Assembly: GCF_006345805.1 (NCBI RefSeq)
Contig: NC_043004.1
Location: 107,198,001-107,262,000 of the forward strand
Direction of reading: 5' to 3'
DNA length: 64,000 nt
DNA from: Octopus sinensis
Taxonomy: Eukaryota
The stretch's first letter is position 1; every line of letters begins with the position of its first letter. Below are positions 25,936 to 39,870 of the stretch, piece by piece. The position numbers were made by a program, and so were the translations under genes. The notes beneath the pieces were generated by a model that had not been told where the DNA came from, searched no databases, and was given only the letters and a program-made list of their open reading frames with translations.

Positions 25936-26659
25936 ATCGTTATAGGTCAGTCAGAGTTTATTGAGGCAGATTTTCTATATTCAGACGTTCTTCCTGTAGC
26001 TAAACCTTACCAATTTCCAAGCAAGGTAATATTTCCCATGGCCATACATATTTTCACAATATTGGAAATGAATGACACTGCTTGCCATGAGAGTGATATT
26101 TCATTTGCAACTTTTATGCAATGTGAAAACAAGATCTGGGCTGGTCCGGGGCTATAGTTAAAAACACTTGTTCAAAGTGAATCCAAAACCATGGAACAGC
26201 AATTACTATGCCATGCTATACATTTTTTTTTTTCCATACATAACTGAGTGGTATTTTTGTTATGAAGCAAAATATGGCAGGTTGTATGTACCATCCAAGC
26301 TCTCAGTGAACTTAGTTGGTGACCTAGTTTTGATTTCCATTTAAATCTACTTCGTTAAGGGTCTTCAACAAGACAACACACTTTACATAACTTCATTGTA
26401 CAATGACCCCTGATACTGAAACTCTCTTGGTGAGAGAGAAATATCTCACTGTATAGGACACCAATTGAGTTGGTCACAAGAAACAAAGAGATTAATTGTT
26501 AAAAACCCAGACATTATGCAACCACTTTCACTCCTACTAGTGTACTTATTCCAGCCAATAATGCTACAACTATCACACCAGCCAGCATCAACACTTAACC
26601 ACCATTACCACTTCTATCAATATAAACTGCTAAAGCTAAACATCTAATATTGGTTTAAA

Positions 26660-27390
26660 ATGTTGGCACAAGGCCAGCAATTTTGTTGGAAGGGTTAAAT
26701 TGGTTACATCGGTTAATTGGTTAAATTGGTTACAAAGGATGAAAGGCAAAGTCAACCTCGGGGGAATTTGAACTCAGAATATAAAGGTAGACGAAACAAT
26801 GCTAAGCTTTTTGTCTAATGTGATAAAGATTCGGCCAGCTCACCACCTTAGCAACATATCTAACACTGGTTTTAAATTTTGATACAAAGCCAGTAATTAC
26901 AGGGTAAGTGTGTAAGTCAATAAAATCAACCCCAGTGCTCAGCTGGTACTTATTTATCAACCCCCAAAGGACGAAAGTTAAAGTCAACCTCAGCAGAAAT
27001 TGAATTCAGAATGTAAGGGTTGATGGAATGTTGCTAAGCATTTTGCCTGGCATGCTAACATTTCTGCCAGCTCACTGCCTTAGTTGCACAGCTAGTATTA
27101 TAATTCCCCATCACTAATATTACATAATTTCTATCATTATTACTGCAATAAACATAGCCCCTAAGGCGGTGAGATGGCAGAATCGCTAGCACACCAGGCG
27201 AAATGCTTAGCAGTATTTCGTCTGCCGTTACATTCTGAGTTCAGATTCCGCCAAGGTCAACTTTGCCTTTCATTCTTTCGGGGTCAATTAAATAAGTACA
27301 AGTCATGCACTAAGGTCGAAGTAATCCCTTTGTCTGTCCTTGTTTGTCTCCTCTATGTTTAGCCCCCTGTGGACAATAAAGAAATTAATA
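26660..27390. mobile_element. Cluster of three SINEs of the TAAGGCGGTGAG-head family (two minus, one plus)
   Basis: Shared GGATGAAAGGCAAAGTCAACCTC...ATTTGAACTCAGAA core and its complement. Confidence 0.8.
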
Positions 27391-28166
27391 AACGTAGCCC
27401 CTATTTAACCCTAAGCACAAAATCCCCCTACAGTAATGCTAAACAAACAAAACAACTATTGTGAACAGGAGAAAATACCCATACACATGGTTGTTTTGGT
27501 GCAACATTCTGATGAATACAAAGAACAAATACATAGAACTATTTTGTAAAGGAAATTCTAAACATTTTCACAGAGCTTATTTTTGGTAAAACTTCCTTTA
27601 CTCCTACACTCCTATATGATTAGCAGTTCTTGAGAGAATATTTCTCAGAGACCAGCTTAAAAGTATCACAATGATGTGGTACACAACATCATTGTATATG
27701 CACATATATGTATATATTTGCTTACACACACACACACACACACACACACTCATATACCATTAGCAGCAGCTTATATCCACTTTTCAGGGCAGTATTTCTT
27801 AGGTAGTGTTTGATGGGTGGATGCCCGTCCTGTCACAAACTCATTTAACCACCTCTTACAACATGCAGAGATGCAGTGTATTTGTATTCTAAAACCAGAA
27901 TACAAATAGCTTTTACACACACACACACACACATTTGCTCTTTAACAACAACTTTTCCATTCTTTCATGGATGAGAAGGAATTCACTGAGGCAGATTTTC
28001 TATGGCCAGATACCCTTCCTTTCACCAATCAAGATGATATTTCCCCATCACCAGAAATGTTTACATGGAAAATTAAAAACAAAAGGCACCACTTGTATGA
28101 CAATGACAATCATTCTACAACTCATCGACACAATGAGACACAGACACACACACATATGCATATCTA

Positions 28167-28204
<38 letters not shown>

Positions 28205-28420
28205 CTGAGGGAATATTATTCCAAACTTACAGGGAAAAATTTAATTTAGAAATACTAAATCAAATTTCACAAAATATAATATATATATATAAATTAGAAA
28301 AAAAAACACCTTTTATCAATATGAAAAATGAAATCATACCATCAAGAAAATTACATATTATATAAAGATTAAATATAAGATAAAAGATAAAACATATAAC
28401 GATGATTAAGTAATATGCAC

Positions 28421-28715
28421 CGTGACTGACCAGGCTATCAGATGTTGCTACACATCGCTGGTCACAATGCGCTTCGCATTGTTTTAGCCTTCAAATGACA
28501 CCACCCTACTGGCTAAGCGAGCAGGCCATCAGAAGAAAGAATGAGAGAAAGGTCTGGCAAAAGAGTACAGCAGGGATCGCCACCACCCCTTGCCGGAGCC
28601 TCGTGTAGCTTTAGATGTTTTCGCTCAATAAACACAACGCCCAGTCTGGGAATCGAAATCGCAATCCTACGACAGCGAGTCCGCTGCCCTAACCACTAAG
28701 CCATTGCGCCTCCAC
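28421..28715 (-). mobile_element. tRNA-derived SINE, same head family as 25639
   Basis: Reverse complement starts GTGGAGGCGCAATGGCTTAGTGGTTAGGGCAGCGGACTCGC. Confidence 0.85.
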
Positions 28716-28736
28716 ACACACACACACATATATATA

Positions 28737-29127
28737 TATTACTCTTTACTCTTTTACTTGTTTCAGTCATTTGACTGCAGCCATGCTGGAGCACCACCTT
28801 TAGTCGAGCAAATCGACCCCGGGACTTATTCTTTGTAAGCCCAGTACTTATTCTATCGGTCTCTTTTGCCAAACTGCTAAGTGACGGGGACGTAAACACA
28901 CCAGCATCGGTTGTCAAGCAATGCTAGGGGGACAAACACAAACACACACACACATACATATATATATATACATATATACGACAGGCTTCTTTCAGTTTCC
29001 GTCTACCAAATCCACTCACAAGGCATTGGTCGGCCCGGGGCTATAGCAGAAGACACTTGCCCAAGATGCCACGCAGTGGGACTGAACCCGGAACCATGTG
29101 GTTGGTTAGCAAGCTACTTACCACACG
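28737..29127 (-). mobile_element. Full-length tRNA-headed SINE with internal microsatellite
   Basis: Highly similar to the copy at 57183-57577; (AAGAGT)-type tail. Confidence 0.9.
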
Positions 29128-29499
29128 CTTCTTTAAGTTTCCGTCCACCCAATCCATTCACAAGGGCATGAAGCTATTGCAGAAGATATTTGTGCAAGTG
29201 TCATAGAGTCTTCCATGGCCAATGGAATTCAGGAAGTAAATGAATACTGAATGTGATCAGCAAACTGTTATTTCTACTATTTCAAAATGTCTTCACCCAC
29301 AGAGAGAGGAAGAAACAAAGCCGTTACAAAGACTTAAATAGAAAGACGGTGGGAAGACACTATGAATGAAAGATATGGAAACCAAAAATAAAGAACAACA
29401 CTGATATACAGGAAAGAAGAGTTAGGGTTCAGGTGTTTTCAGTAAAGGCATTTAACATTATTTATCAATTGTTTTCCATATCAAAGTTATTATACAATC

Positions 29500-30240
29500 A
29501 TTCTATTTCAGCTAGCACACCCACCAATACCTATACACATTCTGGCAATCTATTGCTGCACAAGCCAATGCGGAGGCTTCTACATACACACACACTGGTA
29601 GCATCCAACTAAAAGCTAAATACCTCATGCCAGGACATGTATTGCTTTGGTGAACACAACCCTCAAAAATATCCTCCATTAGTGACACAACTTCACTTCT
29701 TTGAATACAAAAATCACAACCACTAGACAAAAAAGAAAAAGTCTTGCACCACACCCTTCTTATGCACATTAGCAACACGCAACTTAAGCCTACTCTGTCA
29801 TTACAAATGCTTAGCCACAGCATCTCCGATAAATTCTCATGGTGATCTCATACATATAACATTACCACAACTGCATCTCAAAGAATATGTTTCCTCTTCA
29901 GAGATTAGTTACTGATCCACTACAAACTTCAAGCATGACTCACATCAGTGCAACACATAGATGCAAATAACCTCTACTGCATCCAAAGGAAACTATCCAG
30001 TTAGTTCTCAAAGTTTCACCCACCACCATGCAATGAATCACTCACAAATGTAATGGTTCTTCTCCCTATATCCTTTATCCCTTCTACAACATCTTCTACA
30101 CTTCTAATCTAGCAAGCTATGTATCATCTCAGGCTCTCACATCAATTCTCACCAATCTTACTATTTCAATTCCCTGCACTAAACACTTCTCACTCCTTCT
30201 CCAGAAATGCAAAACTGGAATTATTTCCACTAGAATTTTT
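29500..30240 (+). mobile_element. CR1/L2-type LINE RT C-terminal remnant
   Basis: Fragments SDKFSW*SH, ASQRICFLFR and CIQRK match the post-RT region of CR1/L2 elements; many stops. Confidence 0.5.
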
Positions 30241-33200
30241 GCAACAAATAATACGCAGACATGGCTGTGTGGTTTACAAACTTGCTTTCCAATCATGTGG
30301 TCTTCGGTTCAGTTCCACTGTACCACACCTTGGGCATGCAACTTCTACTCAACGCCCAGACTGACCAAAGCCTTGTGAGTGGATTGAGTAGATGGAAACT
30401 GCAAGAAGTCTATTGCGCGTGTGTGTCCTTGTCTAAACATCACATGATGGGTATAAATGTGTGTCATTGTCATACAAGTAAGGCTGTTCGCTTCCATCTT
30501 CAATGGAAACATGTCTAGCTTTGGGAAAATATTATCTTGGAAAACAGGTGAAGTATGGCATCAGGAAGGGAATCCAGCTGCAAAAAGTCTGCCTCCCAAC
30601 AAATTCTGTCTGACACATTCAAGCAGGAAAAAGTGCATGGTAAATAAAGATGATGATATCAACCTACAGAAGTTCCCATTGAGCCCCGGCCACATTAATC
30701 TCACTGCTGTGTGTTTGTCTTTGTATGACAGCCTCTGATGAAATAATGAATACAAAACAAGGAGAAGGAAGCATCTACTTCTAAATCAAGTATGTGCACC
30801 TTTATAGAACCATTTGATCTGATAAAAATAGAAACCAAGTCACCATCAAGTCACATCCTACTGTTTTAACAAAGAACTCATAGGATAACATAGTCTTATC
30901 TACATTAGATCTGAAAAAAGGGTGGATGACCATAGTTGAGATGTCAGATCATAGATCTACTGGAACTGGATTTCAGAGTAGGCTTGGAACTCAACAACTA
31001 TGCCAAAATAGAAATTGGTATCCTCATAATCAAATATAACTGCGTAGATATCACAACCAGAACTCCACTAGTACTGTCTTCTATTGATTTCTTAACTACT
31101 GCAAGAACCACAAATAGAATATAACAACAGCAACCAGGACTAACCGCCAAATGACAAGCAAAATATTTTACCACTACTAATACTACTACAACTAGAAATA
31201 CTATTGGCCCATCAGAGAGTCCTCTTTCAGCAGAAACCAGAAACAAAGCTACTTATAGACAAATCAATAGGATATCAGTACTAAATTATGTCTATGGCCA
31301 AGGAACTTAACTCACAGCCACTCGAGATTTCAACTAAGTGTGTAATAAATAGATTAGTAAAAGACAAAATGGTTCACCATAGCAAGGAGCAGCACTCATT
31401 AATATCATCGCCATCATTTTATGTCCACTTCCTAGCTGTAGTATCCACTACAAAGTCCAGTTCACCTCAGAGCTGAGACCCTGAGAACTATGCCAGCAGA
31501 GCGCACCTTCTTGGTAGGGCCTACCATACTGGACAAGTAAAAGGACAGAAGCCAGATTATTATGGACCACCTCTTCCGAGAGGTAAAAATGGGTTTGCAT
31601 AGGGCCAACTTACAGAAAAACAAAGTTACAGAAGCATCAATAACAATTCAAAACCAACAAATCCTGGAAGTGGAAGGCTTTTGTTCAGGGAAAACCAGCC
31701 CAAATTTGAGAACAGTTAGCAATGGCTGATAGACCATAGGGAGCAAAGGGTTTAAGTAAGTCCCATGCTAGCATAAGTTGAACTGGTTGCTGTGACAGTC
31801 AGAGTCGATTTTTATTGAAGATTATTGCTCTCCTAGATGGGTTGAATGACCACATTTTGCTCATATATTACACCACTATGATACTGATTTTTAACATAGA
31901 CACAAGTCCTCAAATTTGGGAATATGCCAGTTAAATTAAATACACACACCTGTTCTTTTTTTTTTTTTTGTCACTTTTTTTTTATTATTGTGAAAGGATG
32001 AAAGGCAAAACACAATCTTACCAAGTTCTAAAGTCAGAACCAATATAGTCATAAAGGCATTTTATTTGATACCTTACTGTTTCTGTCTGATAGGTGCAGT
32101 TGTATCATTAAGAAGCTTCCCAACAATGCGGTCTGGAGTTCAGCCCCAATGTGTCATCAACTCCATAACCTTGGGTCAATCAAAGCTTTATGAGTAATTC
32201 GTCACATGTAAATGTGTGTGTGTGTGTGTGCCCTAACCTAACATCATGAGATGGTCATAAATGAACATCACCATCATACAGATGATGTCCATTTCCAACT
32301 GTCCATTGAAAAATCATGTCTGACCATGGAGAAATATTAACTTGCTTGGAAACAGGTGAGGATTAGTAAGTAGCAAGAAGGGCAACCAGCTGCAGAAAAT
32401 CTGCTTTGGCAAATTCTGTCTCACCCATGCAGTGGAAAAGTGGATACTAAATGATAATGAGGAGGGTTCATAAAACTACTTTAGAAAGCCCATCCAACCC
32501 ATAATGCAGGAGAGGTGGATGTAAAATGATGATGATGGGTGTTCCAATTTGCTTGTAATGAAGTGTTCAAATCCTCCAGTACCAAAAATTAGAAGTTCTA
32601 ACAATGTAGTCCTACTTTCATATGTATCACTTCCAGAGAGGTTTAAAACTAGCCTACGTGAAAGAAGGACATTAAATGATGATGATGATGATTACAACTA
32701 CTAAGGTAGCATTTTTTCCAGCTCTTTACGTTTTGAGTTCAAAACCCGTCAAAGTCAAATTTGCTTCTCGTCCTTTTGAAGTCTATAAAATAAAGTACCA
32801 GTCAAGTACTGGAGTTGATGTAATCAACTTGCGTCCACTGCTCTCCTAAAAATTGCTGGCCATGGGCCAAAATTTGAAACCATTATTATTACAACCACTA
32901 CCACTACCAACAGGCTGCAACAACTAACCAACAGACAAGCTATATTTCTTCTCTACTAAAACAAACTCTCCTCCTCTGAACTAGCAAGCCACTACTACTA
33001 CTAGTAACACTACCACCTCTATGAGTACACCCACTACTAACAGCAACTATGAATATAAGCGATACAACAATCTGCCAAACAGAGGAATATCACCAACATA
33101 TCAATCAGCCAAATGGTAGTTTGTAGAATAGAGCATGGTGGAATGGTAAATTGCATTCAGAACCTCTTCACTAATTAAATCTTTTTCTTTTATTATCTAT

Positions 33201-33676
33201 TCATTTATGTCGATCATTAATTTGTAACTAATTTGGTTACAAGCCAATGAGGGCGCCTTTACACAGCCATTCAATCTGCTAGATATGACAGAAAAATTTT
33301 CCTCAAATCAAGTCTACTGACACCAAGAGAAGGAAGGATACATTAAATAATGTAGTCTTGGGTATACTATGCCAGAAAAAAGAACAAGACAGGATGATTG
33401 AGGTTGGAATGCCTGTGGTCATATGTCTTAATCAAGGCTGGCAACAACCAATTTACTAAATAATTCTAAAGGAATGATGGAATCTAAGTAACATAGGTCT
33501 GTCTTTGTGTAAAGTTACATCATCATCATCATTTTAACATGAAGAAAGGAGCAGACAAATCTGCTGTATTGCATATCACTGTCCCTAATTTTCTTACATG
33601 TCTATCTAGGAGTACAGATAAACAAATGGCATGAAACTTTCAAAATATCATATACCTTCAGAAGTATACAGACACA

Positions 33677-33723
<47 letters not shown>

Positions 33724-34625
33724 CAAAATGCACCCCCACCCCGTCCAATGGACGATGCTGAGTTGTCAAACATTTAAACCAAATTTTATCAAAACAACTT
33801 ATCCGACCGTCCCATAGGCCTCCCCTTTGAGAAACACTGATTTAACCTAAATTTGAGACACCAGCAAAAGAAGAAATAAAGATAGACTTTTTTTCTATTC
33901 CAAAGAAAAACGATTTTATTCACACAAATATGCAACCGAAGAGTTTAAAGTACCAGTAATGATAAGGCTGTAGACTGAGAGAACACAAATGATTTTTGTA
34001 ATTTTTTCAAGATTTATATATGCCCTGATACCATCGGTATCTACATATCAAATTTAAGCGCAATCAGATGGAGGATGCCCAAGATCCTAGAAGACACACA
34101 CACAGACAGACAACGGATTTTATATAATAGATAAATAACAACCACGTGAGCATTTAAACAAACATTTGTTTTTTTAGAAATACATAATACGCACATGCTA
34201 GTTTGGTAAGTGCTAATGCACAAAACTCCCAGCCCTTGAATTATTATGTTGCTTTATTAATGACCTGTAGGGACACTGTATTTTGTTATGCAACCACAGT
34301 ATACTACAAGGTATATTAAATATTTTCTATCAGTCAATACTGTGTTGGCAGTGCTATTACATCACTTGATAACCTTAACAAACTATGTTACTTCTATTAT
34401 ATATTAAAATAATATATATATACATATACACACACACTCACTGTTAATTCTAGTTGGTGTAAACAGCCTCTGATCATAAAATACTCCCTTATAAAGCCAG
34501 ATACCAGCATAGAAAAGCAAAGTGATGACATGTAAGCAATGCATGTACACTCATATACGTGTATATTACACATAAAATGTTTATGTGTGTATGCTTATAC
34601 AGATTGATGGACAGAGAGAGAGGTG

Positions 34626-35107
34626 TGCAGTGATAGACCTTTGGAGAGGTGGTATTTATTTGTTTGGCACCCTTCACAAATGTAATTTGTATTGGTGACA
34701 ATAGCGCAGCTTTGTCAGTGGTGCATTTTGGAGTTTGCATCCCTAAGCAGTATTATGCCCAGATTCCTTGCACTTCCAGAGATTTCAGCACTGCATTCAT
34801 CCTTCTTTTCATAGTCAATGAAAGTATGCACAGGAGCAACTCATGTTCTTTTGCTTGTTCTATAAGCTGTGCTAGAATGAATATGTGATCCATCAAACTA
34901 TGGTCTTTACAGAAACCTGCTTGCTCTCTTGGCTGCTGGTCAAGCTGTTTTTATAACCTAGAGACAATGACGTTTGTAGAGTTGAGACAAGATGCATATG
35001 GGGTGATAGTCTCTTACATCTTCTTTACTAGCCTTCTTTTGAAGCAAGATGGTATTTGACTCTTTCCACAGTGAGGGTATTTTAATCTTCAGAGAGCAAC
35101 TGAACCA
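34626..35107 (-). mobile_element. RTE RT N-terminal half, inverted segment
   Basis: Minus strand gives KIPSLWKESNTILLQKK..DYHPICILSQLYK..QQPREQAGF..MDHIFIL..FVKGAKQ..SPK, i.e. the RT region up to the SPKLF motif. Confidence 0.88.
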
Positions 35108-35810
35108 CATGTCTAGAAATGGTTATCGAACACATTAAGTGAAAGGCAGCATGAACATCAACAGCAAAGCTACTAATGCCATCATATTCATTGCTGAAAT
35201 CACAGAGCAACTGCAGACCATGCTGACAGAGCAGAACACTTATATAGAGCTCAGCTATGGGCCTTAAAAGGAACTGCATGAAAACAAAATCCAAGCAGTC
35301 CAAAACCAAATAGAAGTGGAAAACAGCGAAATTGTGAAGGAAAAGAGGTACATCTACAGTGAATATGTGCCAAGACATGAATGTTGAAATCTCAGAGAGA
35401 ACATGGGCAGGATGGAAGACATTTACCTTGATAAAAGATGTGCTCAAAGCAAAGCTGGACAAGAACCTGCGTGCCAATTTCTTCAATGGCACCAAACTAC
35501 CTATACTCTTATACACAAGTGAGTCACAAACTACTACAAGGAGGGAAGAATATTGGTTCACTATAACGCAAAGGGTCATGAAAAGACGCATGCCAGGAAT
35601 ATCATTGTGAGAGTATATCCAAAATGATGCAATTCAAGAAGAGAGCAGAGTGAACGATGCGATCGTAGAATATCAAAAAGTATGTTTTGCAGAGCCAGAC
35701 ATGTTCAAAGTTTGCAAACAGCAGCTGAATCTATGCAGTTAGTTGCTGAAGAGTATCCAAAAGATCAGAAAAGGCCTCTAGAAAAGGCTTCCACAATGAT
35801 GTGAAGACAA
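35108..35810 (+). mobile_element. RTE RT C-terminal half
   Basis: Plus strand gives CLEMVIEHIK..IIFIAEITEQLQTML..MNVEISERTWAGWKTFTLIKDVLKAKLDKNLRANFFN..YTSE..YPKDQKRPL. Confidence 0.9.
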
Positions 35811-36613
35811 TTTAGTTAAATGATTCGTTAAAGGTACGCATAAAAGCAAATTCTTGATCAAAATCAAAATGGAAATAGTAGTTGTGGCTAATGCCAGTAC
35901 CGCCTGACTAGCTCCCCATGCCAGTGGCATGTAAAAAGCACCGTCCGAATGTGGTCAATGCCAGTTCCCCCCTCCTAACTGGCTCCGGTGCCAGCAGCAC
36001 GTAAGAAGCACCCACTATACTCAGTGATTGACATTAGGAAGGGCATCCAGCTGTAGAAACTTGGCCAGATCAGATTGGAGCCTGGTGCAGCCTTCTGGCT
36101 TGCCTGTTCCCAGTCAAACCATCCAACCCATGCCAGCATGGACAACGGACATTAAACGATGATGATGATGACATACATATATCTTTTACTTGTTTGTCAC
36201 TTGACTGTGGCCATGTTGGGGCACCACCTTGAAAGGTTTTAGTCAAATAAATCAACCTCAGGACTTATTTTTTAAAGCCTGATACTGTATCAGTCTCTTT
36301 TGCCGAACTGCTAAGTTATGGGAATGTAAACACAACAGCACCAGGTGTTGAGGACAAACACAGACACACATGTGTGTGTGTGTGTATATATATATATATA
36401 CACACACACATATAGATATATAAACACACACAGTTTCCATCTACCAAATCCACTCACAAGGCTTTGGTCGGCCCAAAACTATAGTAGGAGATACTTGTCC
36501 ATGGTGTCACACAGTAGAACTGAACACTGAACCATGTAGTTGAGAAGCAAGCTTCTTACCATATATAGCCACGCCTGCGTTATGTGTATATATATATATA
36601 GCCACGCCTGCGT

Positions 36614-36619
<6 letters not shown>

Positions 36620-36694
<75 letters not shown>

Positions 36695-36705
36695 ATAGAT
36701 ATATA
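36620..36705. repeat. (AT)n-(AG)n compound microsatellite
   Basis: Direct reading; preceded by a short tandem duplication of a SINE head (AGCCACGCCTGCGTTATGTG twice). Confidence 0.95.
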
Positions 36706-37203
36706 TAATTGTCAAAGTAATTCAGTGCAAATCTAAACTAAATCTAAACATTAGCCATTATGTATCATCAGTTTTATTTTGGTCCTAATCTGACTTCAAT
36801 TAACATAAAGGGAAGAACCTCTCGTTGCTCCCATTAACTTTATGTGTGGGCCACAGTGGGATTACAATTGCACAGATGGTAGAGAGCCAATCTAGATGCT
36901 CAGTCCAAATCCAGGTACTGCTCTTGAAATATGCTTAAGTATCAGTTGTTTTACACCAAACCACATTATATGTGCCTTGCACCTTTAAGACAGGGATTTA
37001 AGCAGATTTTAAGGAGATTTAGCAGCTTTTTTCTAGCAAACTGAACAGCTACATAGTGTCCTCCTAGAATCAAAGTACCAATAATATGTAGTCTAGAACC
37101 TGTACTTAAATGAGAAACACTTGTGTTTAAGAAAAAGAGTTCATTCTTTTCAGCAACAGCTTCTCTTCTGGGTTGACATGAAATGTTCCTCGATACTTAG
37201 ATA

Positions 37204-38290
37204 CCTATCCTCACTTCTTCCGTTGTTGTTTTTTTTTTGGGGGGGGGGGGGGTTCCACTTCTAATTATATATCCTAGATCCTAGACGAGTAAAGGGCGGT
37301 TGGAGGTATTTTACAGTGGAGTGATCAATTGTTATGTCTGAAAGAAATTGGCAACAACTGTAACTGGTAATGCTGTATATTGACCTCAGTTGTTGAGTCG
37401 ATTGTAGGATAGGATAGTGTGCGCGATGAAGAAAGAGGAGGAGAGAAATGAAGGAGGAAAGGAAGAAAAATGCATTCACAAAACGAAAGAAACAGAACGA
37501 TAGGATGTTTTTAGATACATACATAAAGACAGACAGACAGGGATGGGAGGAGATAGATACAAATATATATATATATACGACATAGATACAAATATATATA
37601 TATATATACGACAGATGAACTGATAGCAAGAGAAGAAAGGAGATGAATAAACGCGTGAGCAAACTGGCGCAAACACAGAGCATAGAATGGGAGCGACATG
37701 GCTGAATCGGTGGAATGAGTTGGGTTAGTGTAAAGAAGAATCGGCATCAGTTGACGAGTTGACACGAATGCCTTTGAAAAAAACGAGAAGAGTTTATAGT
37801 AAAATCTGCAGTATGTACGGGAAGTGATAAAAAGATGAGACAAGAGGCACATGGAATAGTGTGAGAATATTTAGTGGAAGATTAAGAGGGAGGAGGAGAT
37901 CAAACTGGTTTGGATGACAGCAGCAGAGTAGAAAGAAGGATGAAGAAGAGGCGACGAGGTGTATGTGTGTGTGTATATATATATATAGAGAGAGAAGGGT
38001 AGAATGAGAGAGAGACTGACAGTGGTGGAGAACTGACTGAATAATGCTGAATCGGAGAAAAACCAGTTTGACTTTTTTGCGGGAAACTGCAATCCACGAT
38101 AGAAAAGAAAATAAACAAAAAGAATGAAAGAAATTAAATAAAGCTAAAAATTAGAGGGAGAAAAAGACGAAAACAAAGAAAAATAGAAAAGAGTAAAACG
38201 AAGAGAATGCGTGGAAAGGAGGGAAAAGCTTAGAAACGTTAGCAACAGAAGAATTCGCCAATTTCAAACAGGTTAGCAGGTGTCTAAATG
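37204..38290 (-). other. Putative non-coding first exon / long 5'UTR
   Basis: Unique CT-rich minus-strand sequence at the edge of the CpG-rich domain. It ends at candidate donors GAA|GTGAGG (plus-strand 37215) or TAG|GTATCT (37205). No credible ORF. Confidence 0.3.
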
Positions 38291-38372
38291 ACAAATATTC
38301 ATTGCGGTTCTTCCCCCTCTTGTTAAAAGAATACTCTAATCTAGAAACTATAAAACTTCATTAAGGTACAAG

Positions 38373-38506
38373 GCAGTTGGCTGCAACCTTTTTTCATTTG
38401 CGGTACACTTATATCCTTTTCAAAATAGGGCGGCACACCTGAACTAGAAGTATAGGGAAACAATTATATTCAGGTTATACTGTGGCACACCAGTGTATCG
38501 CACTGG
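38373..38506. mobile_element. Degenerate hAT-type MITE
   Basis: CAGTTGGCTGCAACCTTTTT start, GCGGCACAC motifs and CACTG end resemble CAGTGGTT..CAACC TIR MITEs. Confidence 0.45.
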
Positions 38507-39870
38507 TATAAGGGACCGGTTTGGGGCTTCTAGTCAAGAGAAAGAGAGAGATACATAAAAAGGAATCGGAGCTTTATTTCTTCTTTATGGTGACTGAAAT
38601 AAGCTAAAAAGGACGGGGAAACTGCTGTACTTCCACATACATTCCCAGCAAAAATGATAATTTTAATTAGACAATGGAAAATTAAAGCAGCTGCTGTTAT
38701 TTAACCCCTGGTCTGCCCTCTCAGATCAGACCTACGGTCACAGGCATTCGAACTGTAGGCGTCTTTTGTTCAATGTTTTGCAGGAATATGCTTTCCAATG
38801 TGTCCATTTCAAAAAAAAAATTTTTTTTAAGACAGCAGATGTAATTTAGGGCAGATATGGCTGCTACATTCAGTAGGTCGAGTAGTTTCCCCTTTTGGTT
38901 CGGAAAAGTGAAGTATTCTAAAGGAGTGTGGGATGATGACCGGTCAAGTCGATTACAGAATTGCCGGTGAGTAAAGTCCGTAGTCAGGTTATATTTCCGG
39001 CTCTAGCCAAAAACACTTCACTATCGCTGATTATTTTACTAGAAAAACAAGAAAGTTCCGAGGTGATTTTATTTTGAAATGCAGTCAGTTTGTCTCTGGA
39101 CTCTCCGCTTTCCTAAACGGATGAGGCGGTTCCATGGATGTTATCGATGGAATCGAAACCGGGTTGTGAGTTCGGTTCATACAATAGGTTACTTCTAAGA
39201 TCTTAAATCAACGATATTATTTTTTGGTTTTTTTAATAAGTCTGAAATCTAGTATCTTTAGAGGATGTAAACAGAGGTTGCGACGAGTATTTCTGCTGGG
39301 AAAAGGCATTCGCAACGTAAAGAAAAGAAAATGGTTCCAACCGGAAATTGCAAGTTGTTTGCCGGAAGCTCTACATTTCGGTACATACCAATGATTACTC
39401 CTTGGTAAACAAGGTGACACACCACTGGGATGCGTGTGTGTGGGTGGACTAAGAGTTCAGATCTATCTTTGGTCTATATGTTTAACCGTAGACTAAACTA
39501 AGACCCTGTCGCCATCTCCACCCCAAGAATAACTCTTTTTGACTACACACAATGCAAAATTTTGAGTTAGAGGATATAAATAACTGAATTGACCATAACA
39601 TATTACTAATACTGGGTTCAATTAACACCAGAAGGCTAAACACAAGGTTGGTCTCGGATATGAATTAAAAAAAAAACCTTAGAACTCCGAAAAGCAAGTA
39701 GCCAGACAAAAATATCCACGGTGGTGCGTGTGCCATCACAATAACCGTCGCCAACATGAACACAAATCCTCCAAGATTTTTAAGAGAATAAAGGTTTAAA
39801 GCATTTACAAACATACAAAACATGAATTTCTTCCAACCAGGAAATAAAACATTCAGGTGCAGGAAAGACA

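Noticed and set aside
35082-35591. 169-aa minus-strand ORF
   Set aside because: Antisense shadow of the plus-strand RTE RT remnant.
37261-37852. Overlapping 140-aa and 113-aa minus-strand ORFs
   Set aside because: Low-complexity F/L/S/Y/I translations of CT-rich and (AT)n sequence.
39117-39170. Hammerhead-like CGGATGAG...GAAAC with nearby small hairpins
   Set aside because: Core is CGGAUGA rather than CUGAUGA, three extra bases precede stem II, and no stem I partner is present.
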